Positions 1-13,541 of a stretch of 64,000 nt of DNA are shown piece by piece (within the stretch, counting starts at the first letter, position 1; each line of letters starts with the position of its first letter). Under the pieces are notes generated by a model. The model was given only the letters and a program-made list of their open reading frames with translations. It was not told where the DNA came from and did not search any database. The position numbers and the translations under genes were made by a program. This DNA is from Octopus sinensis (Eukaryota). Location: assembly GCF_006345805.1 (NCBI RefSeq), contig NC_043001.1, positions 86,180,001-86,244,000 on the forward strand, written 5' to 3'.

Positions 1-487
1 TTGCACAGTTAACAATGGTGAATAGTTTACACTACAGTGAACTATTGTAAATATAAAACTGTTCCACAGTAAACATTTTGCTTTTCGTTTCCATTAAACA
101 TTGCACTATCCCACTTTACAGCGTCAGCAAATATTACACTCTACAGGAGTCCATTATCCTATTTCGAAATAAATATTGCTGTGTCCCACATAATGCAATG
201 ATTGTGTCTCAATATAAATATTACACTGTTTTTTTTAATCAAATATTGCAGTATCTTATAGTATCAAAAGACTGAAGAAATTTGTGAAAAACATGCCTTA
301 CAGTAACATTTTGCTGTGAACGTTATATTATTCGAATCTTCACTTTATACCATCCCACTTTATGTCATCGCATTCCATAGTAAAACATGAAAACCCTCTA
401 ATGTAATATTTGTATTGGCTTGGTAATCGTGAAATAACAGGCATTCATTCATGTCAGTTACAATACTATTATTTGGTTTTTGAACAG

Positions 488-651
488 AGCTGGAATATGC
501 TTCAGTTGACTACATCAACAGTAAAGAAGTTTACATCAAATACAACCCAAATCGTGAACAACAAGAAGAAATTTCAAAGGAAAATGGTATTGTCGGCTTG
601 TTCAAAGTGGCATATGACGTGGATCGTGCAAATAATTCAAATTTTATATAT
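488..651 (+). CDS. ITIH: ITIH-like gene, internal exon upstream of VWA (ELEYASVDYINSKEVYIKYNPNREQQ...GLFKVAYDVDRANNSNFIY)
   Basis: Acceptor ttttgaacAG (486-487), donor GTAAGC (652), phase 1 to 0. The F.V.YDV motif is typical of ITIH and the exon splices in frame to AVDGYFVHFF at 3182. Not in the ORF track in this frame. Confidence 0.85.
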
Positions 652-1424
652 GTAAGCTGCTATTTTTCATTAATTTATTAACTTGTCATTTACGAACAAT
701 TATTATACAAATTACTACGTTACCATCATTTCCTTATACTATGAAATGTATTGTAAGGAAACCAACAAAGAAGCTCTACGTAGTCTACAACATGTAGTGG
801 TCCCATCTACGTGAAACCAAAACCTTCTGTCTCAAAAAAATTACACTTTGATTAATGTAATACTTGTTATGCAATGCCTAAGAAACTATGGAACCATCAT
901 GGCTAGAAAGCTTTCAATCATAGATTTATCGAACGAGGGCTAACCAGAAGTTAAAATCACAGCTACAATTTGCAAATTACGATTACCCTCTTATCATTTA
1001 GAAATTATTGATTATTATGATATAGTTATATCTATCATAATTTACATCACCATTATATACAATATGGCATACAAAATGTTTATGGATACATTGAATAACA
1101 TACACATTGTTATGAATTAATTAAAAATTTCCTAAAAAGTGGAAAGAAAATAAGCAATGGCTATCTATATGTTACTTACAAGGACAAGGGAGACAACTTT
1201 AAAAAATTAAGAAGTAATTTTAAAACAAAATAATTTTCAATCTTAAGAGAAAATTTAATCATTGTTAGCGTAGAAAGATTCTCTGATTACAAAGAGAAAA
1301 ATTTAAATCTGTAATCAATACTACGCATACGTCACTCAAGTATATCCTTACGTTTTTCATTTATCACATTTTATGTATTGGCTTATATGAGACATTTCTC
1401 TTCAATAAACAAACACACATTCTT

Positions 1425-1770
1425 CAGGTTCAGTCCCATTGGATGTCACTTGGGCATGGCATTATAGCTTCGGACCGACCAAAGCTTTGTGAATGGATTT
1501 AGTAAGCAGAAAATGAAAGAAGCCCGCGATGTATATCTATCTATCTTTCTATGCGTGTGTTTTGTGTGTGTGTTAACCCCACCCCACCGCTTGAAAATCA
1601 ATGTTGATTTGTTTACGTCCCCGGAACGTAACAGTCCGGCCAAAGAGACCGATAGAATAAGTACCAAGCTTTAAAATAAAACGTACTTGGCTCTATTCGT
1701 CAGATTATAACTCTTCAAGTCAGAGCCACAGCATGACCGCAGTCAAATAACTTAAACAAGTAAAAGGTAA
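1425..1770 (+). mobile_element. tRNA-derived SINE family S1, 5'-truncated
   Basis: Homologous to 1821-2244 (ggttcagtccc...gagaccgatagaataagtac...gaaacaagtaaaag). Confidence 0.8.
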
Positions 1771-1820
1771 ATGGTAAAACGAAGTTCATTTTCATTTTAC
1801 TATGTATAACGATCATATAT

Positions 1821-2244
1821 AGGCGTAGGAGTGGCTGTGTGGTAAGTAGCTTGCTTACCAACCACATGGCTCCGGGTTCAGTCCCATAGCGTGGCACCTT
1901 GGGCAAATGTCTTCTACTATAGCCTCGGGCCGATCAAAGCCTTCTGAGTGGATTTGGTAGATGGAAACGGAAAGAAGCCCGTCCTATATATGTATATATG
2001 TGTGTATGTATATATGTGTGTGTATATGTTTATGTGTTTGTGTTTGTCTCCAACTCCCAACACCGCTTGACAACCGATGGTGGTATGTTTATGTCCCCGT
2101 AGCTTAGCAGTTCGGCAAAAGAGACCGATAGAATAAGTAATAGGCATACAAAGAATAAGTCCTGGTGTCGATTTGCTCAACTAAAAGGCGGTGCTCCAGC
2201 ATGGCCACAATCACTTGACTGAAACAAGTAAAAGAATAAAAGAG
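1821..2244 (+). mobile_element. tRNA-derived SINE family S1, full length
   Basis: Head gtggctgtgtggtaagtagcttgcttaccaaccacatgg..ccgggttcagtccc with A/B-box-like motifs, internal (TA/TG)n, tail aagtaaaagag; multiple copies in window. Confidence 0.85.
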
Positions 2245-3181
2245 TATTCGTTTATAAATATACAATGGGAGACCGCAAAATATAACAATAAGCAATCGCT
2301 TATTGTGTTGTCATTAACAAAAAATGTACATCTAAATAATATTTCTGTAAACATTAAGCCCCACAGGACTTGCTGAGTCACGGAAAAAGTACAGCAATAT
2401 CTCGCTTAACGATCTACAGTTTAACGATTCCCGCATGAATGGTATTTCTATAATTTAAAGGAAAATGAAACTTTAAAAGGTAATTGCCAAAACTGAATTC
2501 TAAACATTCATAATGTTTGCTTTAAAATTTAAATTACGACAATGTGCATCGATGATACACGCGTGAGTATTTGTTCGTTCATTCAGTAATTCAACTGGTG
2601 CCATGCACCCATACAGTGTTCACAATCTCTCCACTACACATGTATCTTAAAACTGTTTAAATTAATTCAGTTTTTAATCATAGCACCAAAATATGGCATA
2701 ACGACAAATAGTAATGATAATATACAGAAATAAAAACAATAACCTAAAAGCAAAATGCGATATCATAAATGAACAAGCAAACTGGAAACGAATCAAGACT
2801 TAGCTTCAAAGAATTTGGGCGGGGTGGCGGGGTCAGTCAATTGTAGCTGCAAATTTTATGAAAAAGGAATATATTTGAGTCAAATTAATGAAAGCACATC
2901 TCTGGTAATCTACGGGGTGCATAGTAAAGTTCTGGTCAGCCTTGATACAGTTATCTATACGAACAAATGTTAAACGTAACTTTAAATGTCTATTATGCAA
3001 ACTGTTATCTTGATCTATTCTTAAAAAGCTTGAAGGTAAGAAGAAAACAACCGTGATGAGAAAAAAGAGGGTAAAATTATCAGGAATTGTAATATTCAAG
3101 CTAAACATTAGGGGGAATTCTTCTCTGTGAAGAGTTAAGTTAAATTATCGTTAATGTTTTATTTTTCTCCCAAATTCATAG

Positions 3182-3470
3182 GCAGTTGATGGCTACTTTG
3201 TACATTTCTTCACTGCTGATTTCTTAAAACCTCTTCCAAAGCACATAATATTTATACTTGATGTCAGTGGATCAATGTCTGGTACTAAAATTCAACAACT
3301 GAAAGAAGCTATGGAAAATATCCTCGATCAACTTGACCCAAAACTTGATAAATTTCTCATCGGAAAATTCAGCGGTGATGTCAATTGGATGGAGATTAAT
3401 TTTTTACTCGCAAAAGAAGAAAATATAAAACGAGCAAAAACTCATATTAGGAATATTAGCGCCTCGGGAG
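3182..3470 (+). CDS. ITIH: ITIH-like exon, start of VWA domain (AVDGYFVHFF...KHIIFILDVSGSMSGTKIQQLKEAM...ISASG)
   Basis: Acceptor catAG, donor GTAAGT (3471). DGYFVHFF and MIDAS DxSxS (DVSGS); overlaps ORF 3275-3547 in frame. Confidence 0.95.
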
Positions 3471-4761
3471 GTAAGTTGAAGCATATATATATATATATTG
3501 GTTTTCTACTTTTAAAACAATGGACTAAACTTGAATTTTGCTTCTAAATATTATATATTAAGGTAATATAATTACTACTAGGCAAGTTAGCCATAGCATA
3601 TTTAATAGAATTGAATATTAAGCAATGACTAGTATTTTATAGATCTCACAAAGGCATTAAACTGCGATCGTTGAAAGTTTCTGTGAAATATCGCAAATAT
3701 AGGATTCCAGAACAATACATCTCAATTTGAGTGGGTGTGCAATTTCTTAACTGGAGTTTGCTACATAAAGATGAAACGAGGAAAGATTAGGCACCTTGAC
3801 ATCAGTATTGGGATTCTGCAGAAATGTTTACTGTTTCTATTTTTCTTTCTATTTATCGTGGATTTTGTAGAAAAAAAGGCGGTTGACTCAATGCTTGAGT
3901 GAAATGGGGAAGAATACAGGACTGAGAATGAACGCAGAGAAAGCGAAGGCAATTTTTTGGCCAAGAAAGAAAGAAATCCACTTTGACGGTTAAAGATGAA
4001 ACTGTTGACTCAATGAATAGATCAACATACATTCACAGTGTTCCGTACATTGATAGAGGCACTGAAGCTCGTTGCATGTCAAAATTGGTGGAGCCAAAGT
4101 ATTTCAACTGGTAACCAATGTCAAGAGCTGCTATAAAAGTACTCTTCCACTACCAACAACACTATATGCCAGCGAATTGCGTAGGAAATATCATCTTGAC
4201 AACTCCAAAACACAGTAACGGATCGAAAAATATTCTAACCACAAAACAAACTCTAATTCGTAACAGTCGTTCTCTTATCACTAGATATTGATATTCATAA
4301 CAGAAAAACATCACCGTTAGTTTGTGAGGAAGTTATTATTTAAGATACTCTTGATGCATTTTCAACGTTTCTTGCATGAGAAACTTTTGTTTGAATTTGT
4401 GCAAGTTTACTGTTTAAGTAAATTGCTGCCTGTCTCACATATATCATAGGTATACAAAAATAAGGATACGATCAATGTCAGAAGTTGAAGAGTCTACATT
4501 AAGCTAAACAATGTTAAAACCAACTGACGCTGTATTATGATGTTGCCTTATCGAGGCCCAAACCAGAAACACATGCTCCGTTTCTATATATGTTCCTTTT
4601 ACCGTTAAAGTTAGCTTATTTTCATATCAAGTAAACTATGTTTAACATTTAAATATAATATTTGCACCTCTCACACACTTTTTGTCCCACTGTTTTTAAT
4701 CCTTTGTTTCTAGAGTTACTGTATATGTATATTATATATTTTAATTTTGCTGGTATTCCAG

Positions 4762-5471
4762 GTACAAATATAAACGCTGCTCTCCTTGAAAGTATAGACA
4801 AACATAAATCCGCTGCTGAAAGAGTTTTACCCACCAAAACTAAAAATATCATCATATTTCTCACTGATGGTCATCCAACAGAAGAGGAAAGCTCTACAGA
4901 AAATATCAAGAGAAATGTAAGAGAGGCCAACAAAGAGATTTCATTATTTACTCTTGGTTTCGGAGAAGATTGTGACCATAAATTTCTACGTGAGATTGCC
5001 ATGGAAAATGGAGGCTTTAGTAGGAAGATCTACGTTGACTCTGACAGTAGACTTCAAATTGAAAATTTTTATAAAGAAATATCTAACATTTTATTAAAGG
5101 ATATTACGTTTGTTTACTTAGATAGTGCTGTTAATACTAGTTCTACGTCATTTAGCAGCTACTTCAAAGGATCAGAATTAGTTGTTTCAGGTGTTTTGAA
5201 GGATAAAACCCAATCGACCATGCTACTAAAGGTAAACAAGACAGACAATACGGGACGAAATACTGATATATTAAAATTGAATATCAATCTGAGTGGAATT
5301 GGAGATGACTTTACTCTATACGATGATCTTCCTGAAAATCCAGAATTGACAAGTGTTCAGTCATTTTCTGAAATTACTGAAAAGAGTTATGCTTACCTCA
5401 CCCTGAAACAACTTCTCAAAGAAGAGAGAACACGCCATGTGAAAAAGAAAATTCTTAATCTGGCACTTAAG
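4762..5471 (+). CDS. ITIH: ITIH-like exon, rest of VWA domain (GTNINAALL...IFLTDGHPT...LFTLGFGEDCD...SELVVSG...YAYLTLKQLL...LNLALK)
   Basis: Acceptor ttccAG (4760-4761), donor GTGAGT (5472). GTNI, LTDG, LGFG, GSELVVSG and YAYLTLKQLL are ITIH hallmark motifs; ORF 4662-5516. Confidence 0.95.
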
Positions 5472-6254
5472 GTGAGTAAAAAATTAATGAAGATTAATAG
5501 CCATTTTATTGCCTAAATTTTAAAGATAACAGCTTTATTTGTTTCAGTTACCAATATAACTAATTAATTCTGGCCTTGTGCCAAAATTTGAAACCAATAT
5601 AAATAACTACATTTATTCACTTAAACGGAGCTTTCACGCACAAGTATCTTTTAAAATGTTCTGTAAGATGATATATCACAAAGTGTCATTCCATGTTTGT
5701 ATGAAAATTATGTTATACAGACTAGTATTTTTATCTAAGACTATTTCACATGCTTATAATAATTTGATTCTGCCTGGCTAGCTTTCGCACAGATACATAA
5801 TTGCTTTGTTTACCGATTCCTGTATCGGAGCAAGTATTTTCGGCTTAACATAGAACGTCTGGGACTGCCGTCACTGAGGAAACCAAATCAGGTTGAAACA
5901 CCATGATGAAGACTATACTGAAATTCTGAGCGAAGCCCTGTGTTTATAACATGCTAGCCATTGAAATATGTTTTTCCACAACATATGTTAAAACTACAGA
6001 TGGTCCACGTTTGTAAATACAAGTTTAATCCAAAGTTGTTTAAAGTGCGTAAATTAAATTAACAAATTAATTATTTTAAAATCGTACACAATTTATAAAT
6101 TACCATTGAGATAATTTCTATTAAAATTTGTATTAAGTCAAATCGAAGAAATTTAAATAGATGTAATTCTTCTTCACAACATAAATAACATAATTTCCTT
6201 TAAAAATGTTTGCCATATCATGTTGATTATGATATCTAGTTTTCAGATATGATA

Positions 6255-6820
6255 TTGGGTTGTCCGGAAAGTTCGCACCGATTTATAGTAGCTTACCTTT
6301 CGGCTTATTTTAGAACATGGTTGAGCCCATAAAATAGGATTTGATTACACCTCCATTTAGAGCACAGTTTAAGCTATCTTTTCGTGGAAGATGGTTTATG
6401 TTCCTATTACCTGTGTTAATTCTGTAACCCTTTAAAATGGAAGATAAGAAAGTTCATTTTCGGCACTTGATGCTTTGGGAACCAGACAAAAATTGCTGCG
6501 GCTCGGCTGGGATGTGTAACCCCACCCTCCATATTCGCCAGATATTGCTCCTTCGGATTTCCACTTATTCAGGTCACTGCAGAATAGTCTTAATGGTAAA
6601 AATTTCAATTCCTTGGATGACGTAAAAAGATACCTTGATGAATTCTTTGCCATGAAACCACCTCAATTCTGTGAAGAGGGTATTTTCAAGTTAAAGGAAA
6701 GATGGAGTCGCATTGTGCAACAAAATGGTTCATATTATGTTGATTAAAAATGTAATGGCAAGTATTTATTGACCTTTTACTTTCCTTTAAAAATCGGCAC
6801 GAACTTTCCGGACAACCCAA
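6255..6820 (+). mobile_element. Mariner internal-deletion derivative (566 bp)
   Basis: About 30-bp TIRs ttgggttgtccggaaagttcgcaccgattt / aaatcggcacgaactttccggacaacccaa; left TA; residual PHPPYSPDIAPSDFHLFRSLQN...RWSRIVQQNGSYYVD*. Confidence 0.92.
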
Positions 6821-7226
6821 TGCATCTTTTAACTTGTTTCTTTGTTATGACGGACTCATTGTATCTGTAATTTATTCCATCATGAATTCTTTATCATTTA
6901 TTCCTTACATAATGACGTCTTGCTTACAGAAATATTTCTTAGGCATATTTCCAACTTTTTCCGCAAAATATTTTGTATTAAAAACCTCTTGGAAAAGTCG
7001 ACCTTTTGAACAAAGAGGCAAAATTAAATGTTTTTATTCCTTTAGTCTAGCAATCTTCAATCTTAGCCATTCAAAGTTCCTGAAGCTTATTCATTACCAT
7101 CAAAAATATACCAACAATGAAAGCATGAAATATAAAGTTGATGGAGTTTTAATCGTCATTGTTATGTATTGTAACATTGTTTCATATTTCTGTGGTACTA
7201 AAATGTAATATTCTTCCTTGTGACAG

Positions 7227-7302
7227 TATAATTTTGTAACACCATTAACATCAATGGTTGTCACCAAATCTACAGTTAAAGAGAAACATTTTGGCCAAAA
7301 CG
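7227..7302 (+). CDS. ITIH: ITIH-like exon YNFVTPLTSMVVTKSTVKEKHFGQN
   Basis: Acceptor gtgacAG, donor GTAAGT (7303). FVTPLTSMVV motif is conserved in ITIH/VIT-VWA proteins; phase 0 to 1. Confidence 0.93.
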
Positions 7303-7499
7303 GTAAGTTTTTACTTTATACCACTTTAATTTATTTACAGAGAGATCTTGTTGAAATAAAGTTTTCACGCTCCGTTATATATTTGTTTTGCTCTTTTTTA
7401 TGTGGAGTGGACATAAATAATTTGTCTTATGAAATTGGTAACTATATTCTATTCCTTATTTAATGTTGATTCCAATTTTGACAAAAGTTCATCTAGTTC

Positions 7500-7675
7500 G
7501 GGTGAGAAGGTAAGTCGATTACATCAACCTCAGTGCTCAGCTCGTACTTATTTGATCGACCTCGAAAGGATGAAAGGCAATGTCGACCTGGGCGGCATTT
7601 GAACTCAGAACGTAACGTCGGACGAAATGACACTTTACATTTGTCCATTGTGCTAACGATTCTGCTTGCACGTCA
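7500..7675 (-). mobile_element. SINE family S2 fragment
   Basis: Reverse complement of the gttctgagttcaaat...gtcgac...ctttcatcctttcg core. Confidence 0.75.
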
Positions 7676-7767
7676 CCTTCTTTTTAAAGGTTATCAATCA
7701 AACCTTGCTGTCGAGCTACGCAGCTACACAGTTATCAAGATCATTTTCCATTGCCTAGTTGCACTAT

Positions 7768-8175
7768 ACTCTCTTTCTCACTTTTATTTGTTTCAGTCAT
7801 TTGACTGCGGCCATGCTGGAGCACCGCCTTTAGTCGAGCAAATCGACCCCGGAACTTATTCTTTGTAAGCCCAGTACTTATTCTATCGGTCTCTTTTGCC
7901 GAACCGCTAAGTGACGGGGACGTAAACACACCAGCACTGGTTGTCAAGCAATGCTAGGGGGACAAACACAGACACACAAACACACACATACATATATATA
8001 CATACATATATACGACAGTCTCCTTTCAGTTCCCGTCTACCAAATCCACTCACAAGGCATTGGTCGGCCCGGGGTTATAGTAAAAGACACTTACCCAAGA
8101 TGCCACGCAGTGGGACTGAACCCGGAACCATGTGGTTGGTTAGCAATCTACTTACCACACAGCCACTCCTGCGCC
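7768..8175 (-). mobile_element. SINE family S1
   Basis: Near-identical reverse complement to 28156-28575. Confidence 0.88.
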
Positions 8176-9489
8176 TATATAGACAAAAGCTTTATTACAT
8201 AGCAATATTCTAGTATCTTGGTGGACCCTTCCACTAAATATTCATATACGTATTTGATTGATTTCTTTTCATCTCATATATTACATATTATGCATCAAAT
8301 AAACATTATTTAAGAAATTGTTCCTTGAAACACAATTGAAAAAGAGTTTCCTAATATCAATACATAGCATATGATGAAAACCTCCTAATATCAGTTTCAA
8401 AACAAAAGAAGCATCATTATATAGTATTTTATGTGAACAAATTTCCTATAACTCGCTACAAATCTATATAATTTTCATGAAAGAAATATTTCGATTCAAC
8501 GTAAATAAAAGTAAATAGTCAAGAAAATATTTATTTAAGAAAAAACCCCTCTTAGTTTTCATTCTTTTTCGGTTGCTAACATATGCAGATTGCGGATCTG
8601 AAGCTGAAAATTATCTTGAAAACAAATATGATAGAAATATTGTGGAAATATTTAAACAAACCTTTGAAAAATGATTTAGCAATTTCTTTCATGGATTTCT
8701 ATAAATTGTTTACTCCATTAACATTATCGATTCTAAGCATTTTTTTAAATGTCTAATAATATTTTAAAGATCTCATGATAGGTATTCGAATATACAATGT
8801 TATTTTAGTCACATTCTGAAATGGAATTTCTTTTCAAATTGATTTCTACTAAAATCTCTTTACTTGCAGTTATATTTTGTATTCTCGGATTTTCAGAAAC
8901 ACAGGGTATATATTTATAACCTCTTAGAGAATACGGTTCAGATATTGCTGAATATGAAAATAAGCTGGGCGATTAATTTTCCAGAACTATCTAAGTACTA
9001 TGATGAATGAAGTAATAATATGAAAGAACCTTAACGATAATCCCCAATTTTCTACACTTCATGTTATCCACTATCACAGCTTTTGAGTATTACCATAGTC
9101 CTCGTCGTCGTCGTTGTCACCATCGTCATCCATTTGCATCATCACCATCACCAGAATCATCATTATCCTTATATCTACATCACCATCTTCCTCGTCATCA
9201 TCATCGTCGTCGTCATCATCTGCTCAATCCATCTGTTCAAAATTTTCTTTCCAAAAGGTCCCATGACAGTAAAGTATTAAAGTACATCATTTTGGCAAAT
9301 TTCTGTTCATCCCATCAGTTTTCATGGGATAGACGAGAACAAAGTAAAATTATACAAAGTAAAATTGTAATGGCGGTCTATATAATATAAGTATTGTTCT
9401 TTATATATGTTGTCCTTGGTATACACTCTCTGAGAGGTTTTCTTGACAGCAATCACTAATTCGATAAATCATTTATTCTGGTGCAATAT

Positions 9490-9679
<190 letters not shown>

Positions 9680-9954
9680 TACGTGACCGACCAGGCCATC
9701 ATATGTTGCTACATACATCGCTGGTCACAATGCGCTTCGCATTGTTTTGGCCTTCAATGACGCCACCCCGCTGGATAAGCGAGCAGGCCAACAGAAGAAA
9801 GAGTGAAAGAAAGTTGTGGTGAAAGAGTACAGCAGGGATCACCACCAACCCTTGCCGGAGCCACGCGAAGCTTTAAGCGTTTTCGCTCAACGCCCTGTCT
9901 GGAAATCGAAACCACGAGTCCGCTGCCCTAGCCACTGGGCTATTTTGCCACTAC

Positions 9955-9957
<3 letters not shown>
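9680..9957 (-). mobile_element. tRNA-derived SINE family S3
   Basis: Minus-strand head ggcaaaatagcccagtggctagggcagcggactcgtgg..ttcgatttccagac; related to 47755-48050. Confidence 0.65.
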
Positions 9958-9996
<39 letters not shown>

Positions 9997-10002
<6 letters not shown>

Positions 10003-10770
10003 TTATTTTAGTAGTTTTGACTTTAAGAGTCCCTGCTAGCGTGTGGCATTTATGTGTAATAATGCCTTCTCTCTCTCTCACTTTTGCTTGATCTGTCCCC
10101 TTCTCTCTCTACTCATCCTCTTTTTCTCTTCTCTTTCCTCTGATTCTTTGGTCTAATCTTCCACTACCCTCCTATTTCTTTGTCTCGCTCTGCACTCACA
10201 GGTCGCTCTTCGACACCCATCCCTTCTCCTCTCTGATTCCTTCTTTCTCTCTCTTCCGTTGCTTCTCTTTCTTTTCTTTTCTCTCTTCTCTGTCACGTGA
10301 CTGCTGGCCGAAATCTGCCTTTCAGCTTCTGACCAGCGTCGTGTTAACATCGTTGTTTTTCGTCCGCCGCTATAGGCATCGCCGATAAGGCTCCTTTCCT
10401 TGCGCCAGAGAAAAAATTTGTTTGCTTGTTATCAGTCGTAAGACACTTGTTGTTGTTTTCACCGTTAATGCTTCTGTATTTCATGTTTCTGTATTCCATT
10501 GTTTTTTTATATTTGTCCCTTTTGCTGTCCTGGTGTCCGTATGCATTCGATCCTTCTTCCAGGAAATCTACGCTCCCAGCTTAGTTTTTCTAATGCTCGT
10601 TGCTTGGTTTTTCTTTGAGGGCTGGCCGTGATCTAGTAATCTCAAGATTAATCAGCCGAAATTACTACGATGATCCGGTTCTTGACTGAAGACTGAGGGT
10701 TTCGAATGTCTTGTCCGTGTTTATTGTATCGTCTTCTAAGAGTTATACGTTCTTGTCCATGTTGTATTTT
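9997..10770. repeat. Unclassified interspersed repeat with pyrimidine-rich tract, possibly Penelope-like
   Basis: 3' part (gggctggccg...cagccgaaat...gactgaagac...tcgaatg) homologous to 17900-18060; bounded by (TA)n. Confidence 0.5.
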
Positions 10771-10772
10771 TC

Positions 10773-10839
<67 letters not shown>

Positions 10840-10847
<8 letters not shown>

Positions 10848-11090
10848 GGCATTATTACACATAAATGCCACACGCTAGCAGGGACTCTTAAAGTCAAAAC
10901 TACTAAAATAAATAAACATATCGTACCGAATGCAACTCTCGAAGTAAGTCATTTAAAAACAGAAATTCTGTTTTTAAATGACTTACTTCGAGAGTTGCAT
11001 TCGGTACGATATGTTTATTTATTTTAGTAGTTTTGACTTTAAGAGTCCCTGCTAGCGTGTGGCATTTATGTGTAATAATGCCTTCTATAT
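10840..11090. repeat. Perfect palindrome, 120-bp arms plus TA extension, 1-nt spacer (centre 10965)
   Basis: 10845-10964 is the exact reverse complement of 10966-11085, compared by eye. Confidence 0.95.
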
Positions 11091-11195
11091 AATATAAATA
11101 TATCTAAGCGAAAAAATTGGTAGATTTTTTCTCTTATATGAGGTTTTTCACGCTAACTACTTGGTAAATTCTTATGAAGATTTTATCCTATTTTT

Positions 11196-11232
<37 letters not shown>

Positions 11233-11485
11233 TATCATATCATATCATATCATATCATATCATATCATATCATATCATAGATGAGATTTCTAGCTATCAT
11301 TTGGTGCTTTAGGGGCCTATCGGAAACAATACGAATGGAAAATATTTTATAAGGATAAAAATCAAGTTTTTAAAGCTTATGATTCTGTTAGATTTTTCTC
11401 AGATGATGTTTCAGTGAATAGATTAAATTTTGCGACTGCCTCTACGATATACTTCAATGTTCAATATGCTTCTCTTCTATTGCAG

Positions 11486-11512
11486 ATGATGACTCATCAG
11501 GAAGACGAGGAG
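11486..11512 (+). CDS. 27-nt microexon (D)DDSSGRRG
   Basis: Pyrimidine tract + tgcAG, donor GTGAGT; phase 1/1, open. Confidence 0.75.
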
Positions 11513-11626
11513 GTGAGTACATAAACATGCTCGCAATTGCATTCGGAACATAGACACTCGTACACACATGTATGTATGTATGTATGTATGTATGTATGTA
11601 TGTATGTATGTATGTATGTATGTATG

Positions 11627-11691
<65 letters not shown>

Positions 11692-11709
11692 ATGTATATG
11701 TATATATAC

Positions 11710-11751
<42 letters not shown>

Positions 11752-12132
11752 GCACACGCACACGCACACACACATATATACATATCTATATAGAGAGAGA
11801 GACAGACAGACATACAAACAGACAGAGAAAGAGAGCAATCACTGGCCATATCGCGGTTCACCTATTGCATCCTCAGTACATCGCGGATTTTTCTGGGTAA
11901 TATATGTAAATTTATATCGCGGGTTTCTGCAGCCGATAGGTATTGTTATTTTTTAAATATTTTTATTATTTCTATGGTAAAATAAGCATTTTCACGCCTA
12001 AGATTAATAAATTAATAAATAAAAATAATTTTAAAAAATATATACTGTAGTATTGCTTCTTTTTCATGGATTTTCACCTATCGCGGGTGTTTTGGAACGT
12101 AACACACGCGTTAGCTGAGGTATTACTGCATG

Positions 12133-12191
<59 letters not shown>

Positions 12192-12202
12192 GCGTGTGTG
12201 AG

Positions 12203-12344
12203 TTATTATTATTATTATTATTATCATTCAGTAGTATATTTTTTTATATCGTGCTTTCACTTCACTACCGAGCACAGCTCTGTGTGCCTTGGGTATGTGC
12301 TGTGATTTGTTGTGATGCTCTGATGGTTATTATAATTATTATTA

Positions 12345-12390
<46 letters not shown>

Positions 12391-12410
12391 CATTATTATT
12401 ATTATTATTA

Positions 12411-12465
<55 letters not shown>

Positions 12466-12478
12466 CATTATTATTAGT
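12203..12478 (-). mobile_element. 5'-truncated 3' end (~105 bp) of the Dong/R4-like LINE inside (ATT)n
   Basis: 12227-12330 matches the reverse complement of 37960-38063; (ATT)n on both sides. Confidence 0.85.
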
Positions 12479-13059
12479 TTCAAACAAGTATGTTGTTGAA
12501 AATGACTTCTTCGAAGTTTCGGCCAGCTAAATCATCGTCGGACTGTCCGACGATGGCTTAACCGGCCGGAATTTCGAAGTGACGTTCAACAACATTCAGG
12601 TTTAAGAATAAACTTCTGGTCCACAAAAGTAAACATTAATTCCCAAATTAATTCTTTTTATTATAACTAAACATTAAAACACACATAAAAAACTTAATAC
12701 ACAAACACACACACTCGCACATATATATTTCTTTTACATTTTACCTGTTTTAGTCTTTGGACTGTAGCCATCTTCATGGGTTTAGTCAAACAAATCGTGT
12801 ACAACACTTATTTTAAGCTGATATACTTATGCCGAACGGCTAAGTTACAGCAAGATAAACAAGCCAACACCGATTCTGAAGCAGTGGAGGATACAAACAC
12901 AAATACAAAGACACACACATAGGCATATAATTGTACATACACATATTTAAATCTATATACATACATATATATATATATATATAAATGGTAAGACAACAAA
13001 AGAATGAAAGAGACTTCGATATTATGTAAATAGAAGAATTTATCTGTAAAAGTAATATG

Positions 13060-13450
13060 TGATAATTAATCGGTAGCCATGATAAAACTCATGATAAATG
13101 AGAATTTTCAGTCCGATCACGCGTGTCTCGGGGTGTGCTATAGAAATTCTCTTTTGGATATATTTGGGGTACTTAAGTGTACACAGGACTTAGTGTTTGC
13201 TTCTTCCATGGGTATAAGTAAGTATTTCATTTATTTATTACCGTATTTATCACTGACGAGGAGAAAATCTTTAGGAAATAACTCTGAAATCGGGGCCGGT
13301 ACGATAACAACGGAACTTTTTAGAAATTTCTGTCGAAACTTCGAGACGCGTGCTTATAGTGATCAATTTTATGGTTATTGACGATTTAAGTCTATTTTCG
13401 GCATATTTGGCAGTAGAGTTTTTTTTTTCTTTTGTTATTGTTGATAAGTT
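13060..13450 (+). mobile_element. Penelope-like non-autonomous repeat, copy 1, with decayed hammerhead
   Basis: Homologous to 16865-17240. Confidence 0.55.
13247..13307 (+). ncRNA. Decayed type I hammerhead ribozyme candidate
   Basis: CTGACGA-GGAG..CTCT-GAAA-TCGG gg CCGG-TA-CGATAA; one mismatch at the base of stem I. Confidence 0.55.
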
Positions 13451-13471
13451 GTATATATATATAATTATTTA

Positions 13472-13541
<70 letters not shown>

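Noticed and set aside
2389-2440. tacagcaatatctcgcttaacg, resembling a pogo/Tigger terminus
   Set aside because: No partner TIR or transposase found.
5871-5910. CTGAGGA-AACC..GGTT-GAAA hammerhead-like core; a related stem III occurs on the minus strand near 27030
   Set aside because: U16.1 is missing and stem III is broken; at best a decayed relic.
8897-8905. Possible 9-nt microexon tttcAG AAACACAGG GTATAT (ETQ)
   Set aside because: In frame, but the donor is weak (no +5 G) and there is no paralogue; left unlisted pending RNA data.
9061-9390. His/Arg-rich ORF
   Set aside because: Translation of a degenerate (CAT/CGT)n microsatellite.
10687-10715. CTGAAGA...CGAA motif, also at about 18015
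   Set aside because: No convincing stem II or stem III; GAAA is incomplete.
11454-12499. Many YI-, CV-, poly-I and poly-N ORFs here and throughout the window
   Set aside because: Artefacts of (TA)n, (TG)n, (TATG)n and (ATT)n tracts.
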